A DNA stretch of 64,000 nucleotides from an uncultured Caulobacterales bacterium (GCA_903900155.1 CAIUMD010000025.1:22458-86457); one strand, 5' to 3'; counted from the first letter of the stretch, positions 54,406 through 63,746 are shown. Numbers and translations: made by a program. The notes: generated by a model from the letters alone, not told the origin.

Positions 54406-55691
54406 CGCGCTCCTTGCGTCATCAGCAGACGAGGATCGACGATGGATCCGGCCACAGCGGCGGCGGCGACCGAATAGGGCGATCCCAGATAGACCTGGGC
54501 CTCCCCGCTTCCCATCCGCCCCTTGAAATTGCGGTTGGTCGAGGAGATGCAGATCTCACCGTCCGCGAGAACGCCGCCGCCATAGCCAGCGCAGGCCCCG
54601 CATCCGGAAGGCATCATCAAGGCGCCTGCGGTGATCAGGTCGCTCAGGACGCCTTCACGCGAGGCCGTCTCGAAAGTCTCCCGCGACGCGGGCGCGATCA
54701 GCAACCGCACGCCGGGCGCCACCTTGCGACCGCGCAGGACTTCGGCCGCCATGCGCAGGTCGTCGACCTTGGCCCCCATGCAGGCCCCGATATAGGCCTG
54801 GTCGATCCTGACGCCCGAATAGTCGCCGACCGGGCCGGTGTTGCCGGGCGAGTGCGGCGCCGCGATCTGCGGTCCCAGGTCCTCAGCCCGAAACCGCCAG
54901 ACCCGCTCGAACACGGCGTCCGGGTCAGAGGCCAGGGCCCGCGCGGCGCTTTCGTTCTCGACCGGACGCCCCACCCTGGCCAGATAGTTGAAGGTCACCG
55001 CGTCGGGCGCGACCACGCCGGTCTCGGCGCCCAACTCGGCGGCCATGTTGCACAGCACCATGCGGGCGTGCATCGACATCGCTTCCACGGCGTCGCCGGC
55101 GAATTCCACGGCGCGGAAGCCGTTGTCCATCCCGACCTCGCGGGTCAGGTGCAGCATGACATCCTTGGCGACCACGAAGGGCGCGAAGGCGCCGGACCAT
55201 TCGATACGGATCGTCGAGGGAACCGACAGCCAAGTCTCGCCCGTCGCCACGATGGCCGCCATGTCCGTGGCCCCGTAGCCGGCGGCGTAGGCGCCGAACG
55301 CGCCGGCCATCGGCGTGTGACTGTCGCCGCCCGCGATGAACGCCCCAGGCCGGATCAGGCCGGCGTCGGGCAGCACCAAATGGCTGATGCCGACCATATC
55401 GAACAGGTTCTCAATGCCCTGTTCGCGAGCGAAATCGCGGGTGAGCTTCAGGAAACCAGCCGTCTCGGCGTCGGCGGCCGGCGCATAGTGGTCGTTGACC
55501 AGGGCGACCTTGTCGGGATCCCAGACCCCTACCCCCAGCGCGTCGAGGATCGGCTTCCACCGCCTGGCCCCGGAGGAGTCGTGGGCGAAGGCCAGGTCCA
55601 CCTTGGCGACGACCAGCTGCCCAGGCGTCACGCCAGGCAGGCCAGCCGCGCGGGCGATCACCTTCTCCACCAATGTCGCGCCGCGTGTCAT
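54402..55691 (-). CDS. Aconitase-family hydratase large subunit (LeuC type 2-like)
   Basis: ATG at 55691 after GGAAGG. About 429 aa. Fe-S cysteine regions IGACMGA and MPSGCGACAG. Confidence 0.85.
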   Translation of the reverse strand: MTRGATLVEKVIARAAGLPGVTPGQLVVAKVDLAFAHDSSGARRWKPILDALGVGVWDPDKVALVNDHYAPAADAETAGFLKLTRDFAREQGIENLFDMVGISHLVLPDAGLIRPGAFIAGGDSHTPMAGAFGAYAAGYGATDMAAIVATGETWLSVPSTIRIEWSGAFAPFVVAKDVMLHLTREVGMDNGFRAVEFAGDAVEAMSMHARMVLCNMAAELGAETGVVAPDAVTFNYLARVGRPVENESAARALASDPDAVFERVWRFRAEDLGPQIAAPHSPGNTGPVGDYSGVRIDQAYIGACMGAKVDDLRMAAEVLRGRKVAPGVRLLIAPASRETFETASREGVLSDLITAGALMMPSGCGACAGYGGGVLADGEICISSTNRNFKGRMGSGEAQVYLGSPYSVAAAAVAGSIVDPRLLMTQGAR

Positions 55692-55754
55692 CCGCCCGCC
55701 TTCCGCCTTTGTCGTGAATTGCGCGCGGCTCACTCGCAGAGCCGCGTCCGGCGC

Positions 55755-56450
55755 TCAGCGCCGTTCGAGCCAGTCGATGACGTCCTGGGCCGTGACCACG
55801 TCCGCGTACTTGAGCTGGAGGTCGGTGAGGTTGGCGTAGTGATAGCTCTCATGCTTGTCGGCGACGCATTCCTCGGGAACGATCGTGCGATAGCCGTGCG
55901 AAAGGCTGTCGACGCCGCTGGCGCGGATACAGCCGGACGTCGAGCCGCCGGTGAGCACCACGGTGTCGATCTTGTGCCAGGTGAGATAGCTGGGCAGCGG
56001 CGTCTCGAAGAACACCGACGGCATGCGCTTGGTGAACACTAGGTCGACCGCGTGGTCGATCTCGACGCGCGGATCGAAGGCGTGGCGCTCGCTGTCGTAC
56101 TTGATGTTCTGCAGGCTGTCGGGCGTGTCGGTGCGCGCGCCCCAGACGCCCGCGTCGCCGCCGTCGGCCTTGTAGGCGACCCGAGTCCAGATCACGGGCA
56201 TGCCCTTGCTGCGCGCCAGGGCCGACAATTGGTTGGTGAACGCGATCTGCCGCGGATCGGTGACGTAGGCGCTCTTTGGAAAGAGGTCCGGCCGCGTGTA
56301 GGCCTGCTGGAAGTCGATATTGACGATGGCCAGCTTCTGGCCAAATCCGAACCGGGCGCGCGCGGGATTGGCCTTGACCGCCTCATAGAGTTCGCGAGCG
56401 GTCTTGTTCTCCCGGACCATGGTCGGCTCGAATTTCAGGTCTGTCGTCAC
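55755..56450 (-). CDS. Isochorismatase-family amidohydrolase (carbamoylsarcosine/maleamate amidase-like)
   Basis: GTG at 56450 with GGAG 6 nt upstream. ...LAIVNIDFQ... (Asp), catalytic Cys in LTGGSTSGCIRASGVDS. Confidence 0.85.
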   Translation of the reverse strand: MTTDLKFEPTMVRENKTARELYEAVKANPARARFGFGQKLAIVNIDFQQAYTRPDLFPKSAYVTDPRQIAFTNQLSALARSKGMPVIWTRVAYKADGGDAGVWGARTDTPDSLQNIKYDSERHAFDPRVEIDHAVDLVFTKRMPSVFFETPLPSYLTWHKIDTVVLTGGSTSGCIRASGVDSLSHGYRTIVPEECVADKHESYHYANLTDLQLKYADVVTAQDVIDWLERR

Positions 56451-56522
56451 GACGTACTCCGGGATTGAGATTCATGGGCAGGATAGAAAATCGCCCCACC
56501 GCCGAGGGGGCCGTTCACCGGC

Positions 56523-56541
56523 CTATCCGTTACGCGGATAG
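56523..56541. promoter_or_regulatory. Palindrome ctatccg-N5-cggatag upstream of the amidase-hydratase-lyase operon
   Basis: Read directly. A further GGATAG half-site lies at 56481-56486. All are 30-90 nt upstream of the GTG at 56450. Confidence 0.3.
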
Positions 56542-56570
56542 ACCGGCGTCGATGGACCGCGCTTTGCAGC

Positions 56571-57665
56571 TCAATGACCGGGCGGGGATTTCCGACGAAG
56601 GAAGGCCTGAGCCCTGAGGTCGGCGTTTTCGCGAACGTCCTCATAGAACAGGCCGACGTCATGCATGTGCATGCTGCCGTTCATGTGAGGGCTGGACGCC
56701 GTCAGCGGTTTGAGACCGAGCGCCGCCGAGGGCTCAACAGTGAGCACCCCGTCTTCGCAGCGCGCGCTCACCGCATGGGGAACGATCGCCTGCATGGGGC
56801 CGGCGTCGGGCGCGCCCGGAACAGCGCCCTTGGCGACGCTCGACGACGCGGCGGGGCGAGACCGGTCGAACGTCAGCGGATTGATGCAGAGCAGCGCCTT
56901 GCCGGCGTTGTCGCCCCAGCGCTGGATATAGCTCCTCTGGCTGAAGGCGGCGAAATCCGAGCGGTCGCCGATCGGCAGCATGGAGTTCCACTGCACGACG
57001 CAGCCGGTCTGGCTGGGCGTGTCGCAGATCTTCACCGACTTGAAGGTGCGGCCGAAATCGCCCTCGGTCAGACCCATGCCGATGACATAGGCGGCCACCA
57101 GGCGCTTCTGCAGCGGCGTGCCGTCGATACGGTCCTCGAGCAGCTTCCTGACGTGATACGCGCCCTGGCTATGGCCGACCAGAATGAACGGTCGCCCCCC
57201 GTTGTCGTGCGCCAGATAGTGGTCAAAGGCGGCCAGAACGTCCTTGTAGGCGAAGTCGATGGCCACCTGCCGCGCAGCGGGATCGCCAGGTCCGGCCGCC
57301 GCCTGGCGATAGCGTGGCGCGTAGATCCGGCAACAGCGATTGAAAGCGCCGGCCTGTCTGGCGACGACGCTGCCGTCGGTCCAGGCCTGAAGCTTCGGAT
57401 CGAAGACCTCTCCCGTGGCGTGTTCGCGGCTGAAGTCGGTCGTCGGATGGACGTAGAAGACGTCCGCCTGCCGCAACTCCCGCCGGGGCGAGGCCCCGGG
57501 CGCCACGACAGCCGCCGCGCTCTCGGCCCGCGCCGTCGCGGCCCAGTTGGCGGGATCCTTGTAGTCGAGCGCTGACTGCGCCGTCGCGACCGTCGGCGCA
57601 ACGATCGAGAACACCGCCCCGATCGCCGCCAGCCCGCGCCAAGGAGTGGGGTTCATCGTGTTCAT
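56571..57665 (-). CDS. Secreted alpha/beta hydrolase, DUF3089-like (lipase/esterase-type)
   Basis: 364 aa. Signal peptide ...VAPTVATAQS, nucleophile elbow VGHSQGA. The family assignment comes from overall pattern and is moderate. Confidence 0.7.
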   Translation of the reverse strand: MNTMNPTPWRGLAAIGAVFSIVAPTVATAQSALDYKDPANWAATARAESAAAVVAPGASPRRELRQADVFYVHPTTDFSREHATGEVFDPKLQAWTDGSVVARQAGAFNRCCRIYAPRYRQAAAGPGDPAARQVAIDFAYKDVLAAFDHYLAHDNGGRPFILVGHSQGAYHVRKLLEDRIDGTPLQKRLVAAYVIGMGLTEGDFGRTFKSVKICDTPSQTGCVVQWNSMLPIGDRSDFAAFSQRSYIQRWGDNAGKALLCINPLTFDRSRPAASSSVAKGAVPGAPDAGPMQAIVPHAVSARCEDGVLTVEPSAALGLKPLTASSPHMNGSMHMHDVGLFYEDVRENADLRAQAFLRRKSPPGH

Positions 57666-57740
57666 TCCAAGCTTTCCCTTAGCGCGGCTTCGCGGAGGCT
57701 TTCGCTCCTCCGGCCGCCAGACGGAGGAGCGCTGCCCTGG

Positions 57741-60170
57741 CTAGTAGGCCGTGTGGAAGCGCACACCGATGCGGCGGGGCGTCGGCAACACCGCCGCGAC
57801 GATCGGCCGGTTGTTGTTGGCCTGATCGAAGGCCGGCGAGGTGCTGAGATATGCGCGATTGTCGAACAGGTTCTCGACGAAGAACTCGACCTTCGACTGC
57901 TCGTACTGCGCGCCGATCCGCAGGTTCACGCGCTTGGTGTCCGGCGTCTTGTAGAGGTTGGCCGGCTCGCCGTACTGACCGCTCTTGTAGAAGGCGTCCG
58001 CATGGAAATAGCCGTCCACCTTGGCGCTGAGCTGACGCGTGTAGTCCATGCTGATGTTGGCGCTATACTTGGAGCCGTAGGCCAACTGGTTGCCCTTGAA
58101 CAGGTCGAGCGGCGCCGTCCCAGGCGCATAGCCCAACAAGGTCGCGCTGTTGGTGTTGGTGTATTTGAGAATCTTGGTGTCGTTGATCGAACCGCCGCCG
58201 CTAAAGGTCAGGGATGGCGAGACGCGAAGATAGAGATTGCCTTCGACGCCCTTCAGGTCGGTGGCGCCGTTGTTGCTATACATGTTGGTCGCCAGCGTGC
58301 CGGGAATGCCGGTCAGCGCCGGGTTGACGATGAACAGGCTCTGCAGAATCAGCTGGTCGCGCCACTGAGCGTAATAGGCGCCGATGTCGAGCTGCAGACG
58401 CCCGTTGAACAGTTCGCCCTTATAGCCGACGTCGTAGCTGGTGATACGCTCGGGCCGCGTCCCGACCCCGCCGTCGAGCGTCGAGCTGAGATAGTTCTGC
58501 AGCGCGGGCGAATAGCTCACATAGGCGGTATTGAAGAGGCCGGGATTGGAGCCCTTGGCGAAGGTCGCGAAGACCTGATGGTGCGGGGCGAACTTGTACT
58601 GGATGATCGCCCGGGGCAGGAATTCCTTGGTCTTGTCCTTGAGGCCGGCGATCGGCGCTTCAACGGGTTCGTTCGAGGCGTCGAGCTTGCGGCTGTAGCC
58701 GATGGTCGTGGAGTCCTGGTAGCGGACTTCGGCGTTCAGAATGATCTGGGACGTCAGGTCGAAACTGGCGCTGGCGAAGGCCGCGTAGGTGTTGTTGCGA
58801 TAGGTCGGACCGGTCGGCGAGACCGTGAAGACGTAGCTCGGAGCGGAGATGCCCATGCCGGTGTAGCCCCGGCGGGAATATGAATAGTTCACCCCGACGA
58901 CGCCGCGCAGCCGCTTGGACTGATCGCTGGAGACGCGGAACTCCTGGTTGAAGGCCATGCCATAGCCGTAGACATCGTTGGGCTGGCGCAGCGCCGGCGC
59001 GGTGCCGGGATTGGAGTTGTCGGTGATGACGTCGACACGGGAGTCGTTGGCCGCCGTCACCGAGCTGAAGGTCAGCCCCGTGTCCGGCATGGCGTAGCTA
59101 ATGTTCAGCGTGCCGACCCGAACCTCCGTGGCCGAGCCCCCGTGATCCAGGCCCAGGTCCTTGTAGCGGACCCCCGCCGCGGGTGAGTGAAGCGAGTCGA
59201 GGAAGGACTTCGGCAGAGGATCGGGATTGGGACTGTTGGGATAGGCCAACGGCAGGGTGCCGCAGATCAGCCGGGTCGCCGGGGATGGGCTGCAGTTGAA
59301 GGTCGACGCCGGGAATTTGACGAAGGACTGGTAGCCGTCGTCCATCTTCACATAGGCGCCGAACGCACGGACGGTCAGGTCTTCGGTCGGGGTGAACGCC
59401 AGCTCGCCAAGAACATTCTTCGAAGACTGGGCGCCGTACTTGTAGCCCGGCGAAAGCGGCGAACTGTAGTAGCCGTCCGTATCGTAGACGCGGCCGGTGA
59501 TACGGCCCGAGAGCTTTCCGGGGATGATCGGTCCTTCGACCGTCGCCTTAAGGTCGGTCCAGTTGTTGGAGCCATAGAGCGCGTCCACCGACACCTTGAA
59601 CTCGTCGCCCGGCGCCTTGGTGATGATGTTCACCGCGCCGCCAAAGGTCGCGCGGCCGAAATAGGCGCTCTGCGGCCCCTTGATGATTTCGACCTGGGCC
59701 ACGTCGGAAATGCCGTCGATCAGGCCCGAGGCGGCCAGCGGCGCGCCGTTGATGAAGACCGTGGTGGTCTGGCTATAGGTGGAGCCGGGCACCATCCCGC
59801 GAATGATGACGGTCTGCTGGGCGCGGTTCGTCGTGCTGTTGCCGAAGCTCGTGATGTTCAGCGACGGGGTGTAGTTGGCGACGGCGATCAGGCTGTCGAC
59901 GCCCTTCTTCTCCATCGAGGCTGCGGACATGGCGGTGATGGCCAGCGGCACGTCCAGCAGGGTTTCGGATCGCTTGCGGGCGGTCACGACGATTTCCGAC
60001 ATGTCCGTCGCGCCCGAATTGACCGACTGGCCGGAGTTGTCCGCGGGCGCGGCCTGTGTGGGCGCCGTTTGGGCCAGAGCCGTTTCGGGCGAAGCGGCCA
60101 TCAAGGCGACGAACATCACCGCCGGAGCAGCTGAACAGAACAGTCCTTGACGCTTGGAACGCGAATGCAT
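57741..60170 (-). CDS. TonB-dependent receptor
   Basis: The ATG at 60170 gives MHSRSKRQGLFCSAAPAVMFVALMAASPETALAQ. Plug SEIVVTARKR...IIKGPQSAYFGRATFGGAVN. C-terminal ...RRIGVRFHTAY. Confidence 0.9.
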   Translation of the reverse strand: MHSRSKRQGLFCSAAPAVMFVALMAASPETALAQTAPTQAAPADNSGQSVNSGATDMSEIVVTARKRSETLLDVPLAITAMSAASMEKKGVDSLIAVANYTPSLNITSFGNSTTNRAQQTVIIRGMVPGSTYSQTTTVFINGAPLAASGLIDGISDVAQVEIIKGPQSAYFGRATFGGAVNIITKAPGDEFKVSVDALYGSNNWTDLKATVEGPIIPGKLSGRITGRVYDTDGYYSSPLSPGYKYGAQSSKNVLGELAFTPTEDLTVRAFGAYVKMDDGYQSFVKFPASTFNCSPSPATRLICGTLPLAYPNSPNPDPLPKSFLDSLHSPAAGVRYKDLGLDHGGSATEVRVGTLNISYAMPDTGLTFSSVTAANDSRVDVITDNSNPGTAPALRQPNDVYGYGMAFNQEFRVSSDQSKRLRGVVGVNYSYSRRGYTGMGISAPSYVFTVSPTGPTYRNNTYAAFASASFDLTSQIILNAEVRYQDSTTIGYSRKLDASNEPVEAPIAGLKDKTKEFLPRAIIQYKFAPHHQVFATFAKGSNPGLFNTAYVSYSPALQNYLSSTLDGGVGTRPERITSYDVGYKGELFNGRLQLDIGAYYAQWRDQLILQSLFIVNPALTGIPGTLATNMYSNNGATDLKGVEGNLYLRVSPSLTFSGGGSINDTKILKYTNTNSATLLGYAPGTAPLDLFKGNQLAYGSKYSANISMDYTRQLSAKVDGYFHADAFYKSGQYGEPANLYKTPDTKRVNLRIGAQYEQSKVEFFVENLFDNRAYLSTSPAFDQANNNRPIVAAVLPTPRRIGVRFHTAY

Positions 60171-60432
60171 GGTGACGACCCCCTCAGTGTGTCTCGAGAA
60201 AGCAATGGGTGACGCCGCCGGGCAGTCACAAAAACAACATCCCGACAAACGAGGAGCCGTGGTCACGGAATAGCGCCGCCCACCGCACAGCGGTTAAATG
60301 CCGCTTGGAGGCCGCTGGCGAAGACGCCACAGCAACGCCCCGGCGCCCGCGCGGGCGGCTCCAGGCGCGCAGATGCACTCAAAACGATCAGCAGATGCCG
60401 ATCACCGCACACTCGCATATGAGCTGTAGTTG

Positions 60433-60459
60433 CCCCCTCGCGACCTTGGCGCGAGGGGG
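60433..60459 (-). terminator. Stem-loop 3' of lhgO
   Basis: 10-bp stem ccccctcgcg/cgcgaggggg with a 7-nt loop, 12 nt after the stop at 60471. No T-run. Confidence 0.5.
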
Positions 60460-60470
60460 GCGGCGCGGCG

Positions 60471-61697
60471 CTAGTGCGCGGCGCGAAGGGGCGAGCCGAA
60501 AGCATCCTCGAACAGGCCGAGGAGATAGCCGCCGATCGGGATGGCGGAGGTCGCCGCCGGTGACGGGGCGTTGCAGACATGAAGACTACGCAGGCCGCGA
60601 TGCACCAGGAAATCGTGCACTAGGGCTCCATCCTTCGAGACAGCCTGGGCGCGCACGCCGGCGGGATAGGGTTGCAGGTCCTTGAGGCTCAGCTCGGGAC
60701 AATATTTCCGACATTCGGCGAGATAGCCGGATTTGAAGATGGAGTTCTCCATCTCCTTCAGCCCCGAGCGGGCGTTCGCGGCGATCACCTTCCAGAAGCC
60801 CGGGAACGCCGCCATCTCGGCCAGGTCCCGCAGGTTGACGTTTGCCCAGCCATAGCCCTCGCGGGCCAGCGCCAGCACCGCGTTCGGGCCCACCGTCACG
60901 TAGCCGCCGATCATGCGCGTCAAATGCACGCCCAGGAACGGCAGGTCCGGATCCGGGACCGGGTAGACGAGATGGCGGACGATGTCGTCCTTCGATGCTG
61001 GCAGGCGGAAATACTCGCCGCGGAACGGAATGATCTGGAAGTCGGGATCCAGGCCGCACATCCGCATCAGACGATCCGCCATCAGTCCGCCGCAGACGAT
61101 CGCGCGCCCGGCGCGAACCACGCCGCGTGTGGTCTCGACGACGACCTCGTCAGCGGTTTCCCGCATCCCGACCACTTCGCTGCCGCAGAGGATCGTCCCG
61201 CCCTTGTCGCTCACGATCCCGGCCATCTTGCGCGTGATCGCCGGATAGTCGGCGATGCCGCTGGATCGGACCAGGATCGCCGCGTCGCCGACGATGCGCG
61301 GCTCCAGGCGATTGAGCTCGGCTCGGTCCAACCGCTCCGGCGCCAAGCCATTTTCGACGCAGCGCGCCTGCAGGGCGTCCAGCCGCGTGACCTCCAGATC
61401 GTTGGTGGCGACGATCAACTTGCCGCACTGGTCGAAGGGCAGGTCGTGCTCACGGCAGAACGCGATGGTCGCCGCCGCGCCCTCCCGGCAGAACCTGGCC
61501 TTCAGGCTGCCAGGCGCGTAGTAGACGCCGGCGTGGATCACGCCGCTGTTGTGCCCCGTCTGGTGGGTCGCGAGCGCGGCTTCCTTTTCCAGGACGGTCA
61601 CCGAGACGCCAGGAAAACGCTCGACCAACTGCATCGCGGTCGACACGCCGACAATGCCGCCGCCGATGATGACGATGTCCGTCTTCAGATCGTTCAC
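60471..61697 (-). CDS. lhgO: L-2-hydroxyglutarate oxidase/dehydrogenase (FAD)
   Basis: 408 aa. DIVIIGGGIVGVSTA FAD motif, ...HQTGHNSGVIHAGVYY.... GTG start overlaps the csiD stop (GTGA). Confidence 0.88.
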   Translation of the reverse strand: MNDLKTDIVIIGGGIVGVSTAMQLVERFPGVSVTVLEKEAALATHQTGHNSGVIHAGVYYAPGSLKARFCREGAAATIAFCREHDLPFDQCGKLIVATNDLEVTRLDALQARCVENGLAPERLDRAELNRLEPRIVGDAAILVRSSGIADYPAITRKMAGIVSDKGGTILCGSEVVGMRETADEVVVETTRGVVRAGRAIVCGGLMADRLMRMCGLDPDFQIIPFRGEYFRLPASKDDIVRHLVYPVPDPDLPFLGVHLTRMIGGYVTVGPNAVLALAREGYGWANVNLRDLAEMAAFPGFWKVIAANARSGLKEMENSIFKSGYLAECRKYCPELSLKDLQPYPAGVRAQAVSKDGALVHDFLVHRGLRSLHVCNAPSPAATSAIPIGGYLLGLFEDAFGSPLRAAH

Positions 61698-62629
61698 CGG
61701 GCGAACATCCCGCGCTGGCGCATCAGTTCACGATGCAACGCCGGATTTTTCTCGAACGGGGCCCGGCCGTGAAGCCAGAAATAGTTGTTCAGGACGACGA
61801 GATCGCCGACCGGCAACGGCACCTCGCGGGTCCCGGGAGATCGCTCCATCGAGCTGGACAGGTCATGCAGATAAAGGGCCTCTTCCATCGATCGCGGCTG
61901 CACGAACTGGTCGATGAACGACATCGACAGGCCAAATTCGCTGTCGAAGAAGACGGGTCGTTCGATGTGCTCATCGACGTTCTTGGACCCTGGGGCCTTA
62001 TAGGCAAAGGGAAGCCGCCCCATCGGGTGGGACACGAAGCTGTCCCGCTCCGCCCAGTCATCGATGTGCAGGAAACGTGACTCACCGCCCACGGCGTTGT
62101 CCTCGGCGAATTTCATCATCAGCAGCCAGTCCGTCGCTTCGCTGACGAAGGTCCCGTCGGTATGCAGGGTGAAGAGCCTGTAGGCTTGGCGCAGATAGGA
62201 ATCGCTATTGTCGGTGTCCTTGACCAGGAAGCGGGCGAAGTAGGTCCCCGACATCGCATCGTGATTGCTCGGACCCAGCAGGTGTCCGATGGCCGTGCCC
62301 ATTCTGACATAGTCATCGCGCCGATCGGTAACCGCCCCGACGCCCAGGGTGAAACCGCCCGTTTCGCGATCCGCCGTCAGCTGACGCAACGTCGAGGCGA
62401 AGCGCCCCCCGAAAGCTTTCTGCAGTTCTTCCGCCACCTTGTAACGCATGAACGGCACGTACTGCAGGTTCTGGACGTCGACCTGGGCGACACTCTCGAC
62501 AAACGCCGCCAAGACCGACGGCTTCAGCTCGATGTGACGCAGGCGCGGGTGATGCGGATGCGGTCCAACCACGAAGGCGGTTTCTTCAGCCTGGCTGAAC
62601 GGAGGAGAGATGGCGCTTGGGGCGTTCAT
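61694..62629 (-). CDS. csiD: Glutarate 2-hydroxylase (CsiD/GlaH, Fe(II)/2-oxoglutarate dioxygenase)
   Basis: 311 aa. Long collinear matches to the E. coli CsiD pattern: DAMSG.Y.ARF.VK..DNSDSYLRQ, LH.DGT.V.E.TD..LMMK, IDQFVQP, LHGR..F......L.RELMRQRG.F. Confidence 0.85.
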   Translation of the reverse strand: MNAPSAISPPFSQAEETAFVVGPHPHHPRLRHIELKPSVLAAFVESVAQVDVQNLQYVPFMRYKVAEELQKAFGGRFASTLRQLTADRETGGFTLGVGAVTDRRDDYVRMGTAIGHLLGPSNHDAMSGTYFARFLVKDTDNSDSYLRQAYRLFTLHTDGTFVSEATDWLLMMKFAEDNAVGGESRFLHIDDWAERDSFVSHPMGRLPFAYKAPGSKNVDEHIERPVFFDSEFGLSMSFIDQFVQPRSMEEALYLHDLSSSMERSPGTREVPLPVGDLVVLNNYFWLHGRAPFEKNPALHRELMRQRGMFAR

Positions 62630-62673
62630 GTCGGCGGTTCCAGATTTGACGCCGGTTCATTTGCCTCAACTCG

Positions 62674-62712
62674 TTTAATCTGATCAAATAAGATATTTGG
62701 ATATTTTAATCT
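62674..62712. promoter_or_regulatory. AT-rich divergent promoter region with direct repeat TTTAATCT x2
   Basis: tttaatct occurs at 62674-62681 and 62705-62712, with starts 31 bp apart. The csiD-LysR intergenic region is only 100 bp. Confidence 0.3.
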
Positions 62713-62729
62713 AATAGAGTGATCATAAC

Positions 62730-63620
62730 ATGCTTGAGGCGCGCCAACTTCGTTATTTCGTCGCGGTCGCGGAACATCGGCATTTTGGTCGCGCCGCAGA
62801 CAGCTTGAACGTCGTCCAGTCCGCCGTCAGCGCCCAGATCAGCCAGCTCGAGGATCGTTTCGGCGTGCGGCTGCTGACCCGGGGCAAGCGCGCCGCCGTC
62901 GGTCTTACGGAGGCTGGCCGTCTCTTCCTGACCGAAGCCAAGGCAGCGTTGCAGTCGCTCGAGCGCGCGGAACAGATCGGCCGCCTGGCGGGACGCGGAG
63001 AGGTCGGCCGGGTCGAGATCGCCTATGTGGCGTCCGTCGCCATGACCGGTTCACTCGCCCGAATTCTCCGGCAGTTTCGACTGTCGCACCCCTTGGTCGA
63101 ACTAAGGGTGACGCCCATGGACACGCCCTCGCAGTTGGCCGCCCTGGCCCAGGGGCGCATAGACGTGGGCTTGATCCGGCCGCGCCTGGACTATCCGGCC
63201 GGCCTAGTGACGCAGGTGTTCCATGAGGAGCGACTGAGTATCGCCCTGGCGACCGGCCATCCGCTGACCGCCCATGCGCAGCTGACGGCGGCGGCGCTCG
63301 AAGGACAAGCGTTCATTATCCCGCAATTCGCCGAGGACGAGGGCTTCGCCGGCCATCTTTTGCACTTGGCTCAGGTGGGCGGCTTCGAGACACACACCGT
63401 CCATCGCGTGGGCGATTTCATAACCGCGCTCAGCATGGCCGCGGGCGGTTATGGCGTCGTCCTGGGTCCGGCTTCGATGGAGCGGTTCGCCATCGGCGGC
63501 CTCGTTTTCCGGGAGGCGTCGGATTTTACCGACCGCGTACAGTTGGCGGCGGCCTGGCGATCGGACGGCGCCTCGCCGAGCACTCGGGCCTTCGTCGAGG
63601 CCGCGATGCGTGAACCGTGA
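62730..63620 (+). CDS. LysR family transcriptional regulator
   Basis: 296 aa. N-terminal [38 protein letters not shown] plus a LysR substrate-binding domain. Confidence 0.9.
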   Translation: MLEARQLRYFVAVAEHRHFGRAADSLNVVQSAVSAQISQLEDRFGVRLLTRGKRAAVGLTEAGRLFLTEAKAALQSLERAEQIGRLAGRGEVGRVEIAYVASVAMTGSLARILRQFRLSHPLVELRVTPMDTPSQLAALAQGRIDVGLIRPRLDYPAGLVTQVFHEERLSIALATGHPLTAHAQLTAAALEGQAFIIPQFAEDEGFAGHLLHLAQVGGFETHTVHRVGDFITALSMAAGGYGVVLGPASMERFAIGGLVFREASDFTDRVQLAAAWRSDGASPSTRAFVEAAMREP

Positions 63621-63746
63621 TTCTAGCTCCCTCGAAGCCTCGGCAAATTTCCCTGCCGTTCCGAGCGGCCGCCATGGAACGCCTGCAACCACATCGCGCC
63701 GAGCACCACTCCGGGTGAACAACCTTCTTGGAAACGACACCTAGAT

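Noticed and set aside
60171-60470. Riboswitch (e.g. cobalamin or TPP) in the 300-nt leader of the second TonB-dependent receptor
   Set aside because: Reading the minus strand, I found no B12-box-like (GCCACTG) or ThDP-box-like core. Only a terminator hairpin for lhgO and minor stems are present.
62640-62729. CtrA box (TTAA-N7-TTAA) in the AT-rich csiD/LysR intergenic region
   Set aside because: TTAA occurs, but the second half-site at N7 spacing is not TTAA in either case (TTAATCTGATCAAAT, TTAATCTAATAGAGT).
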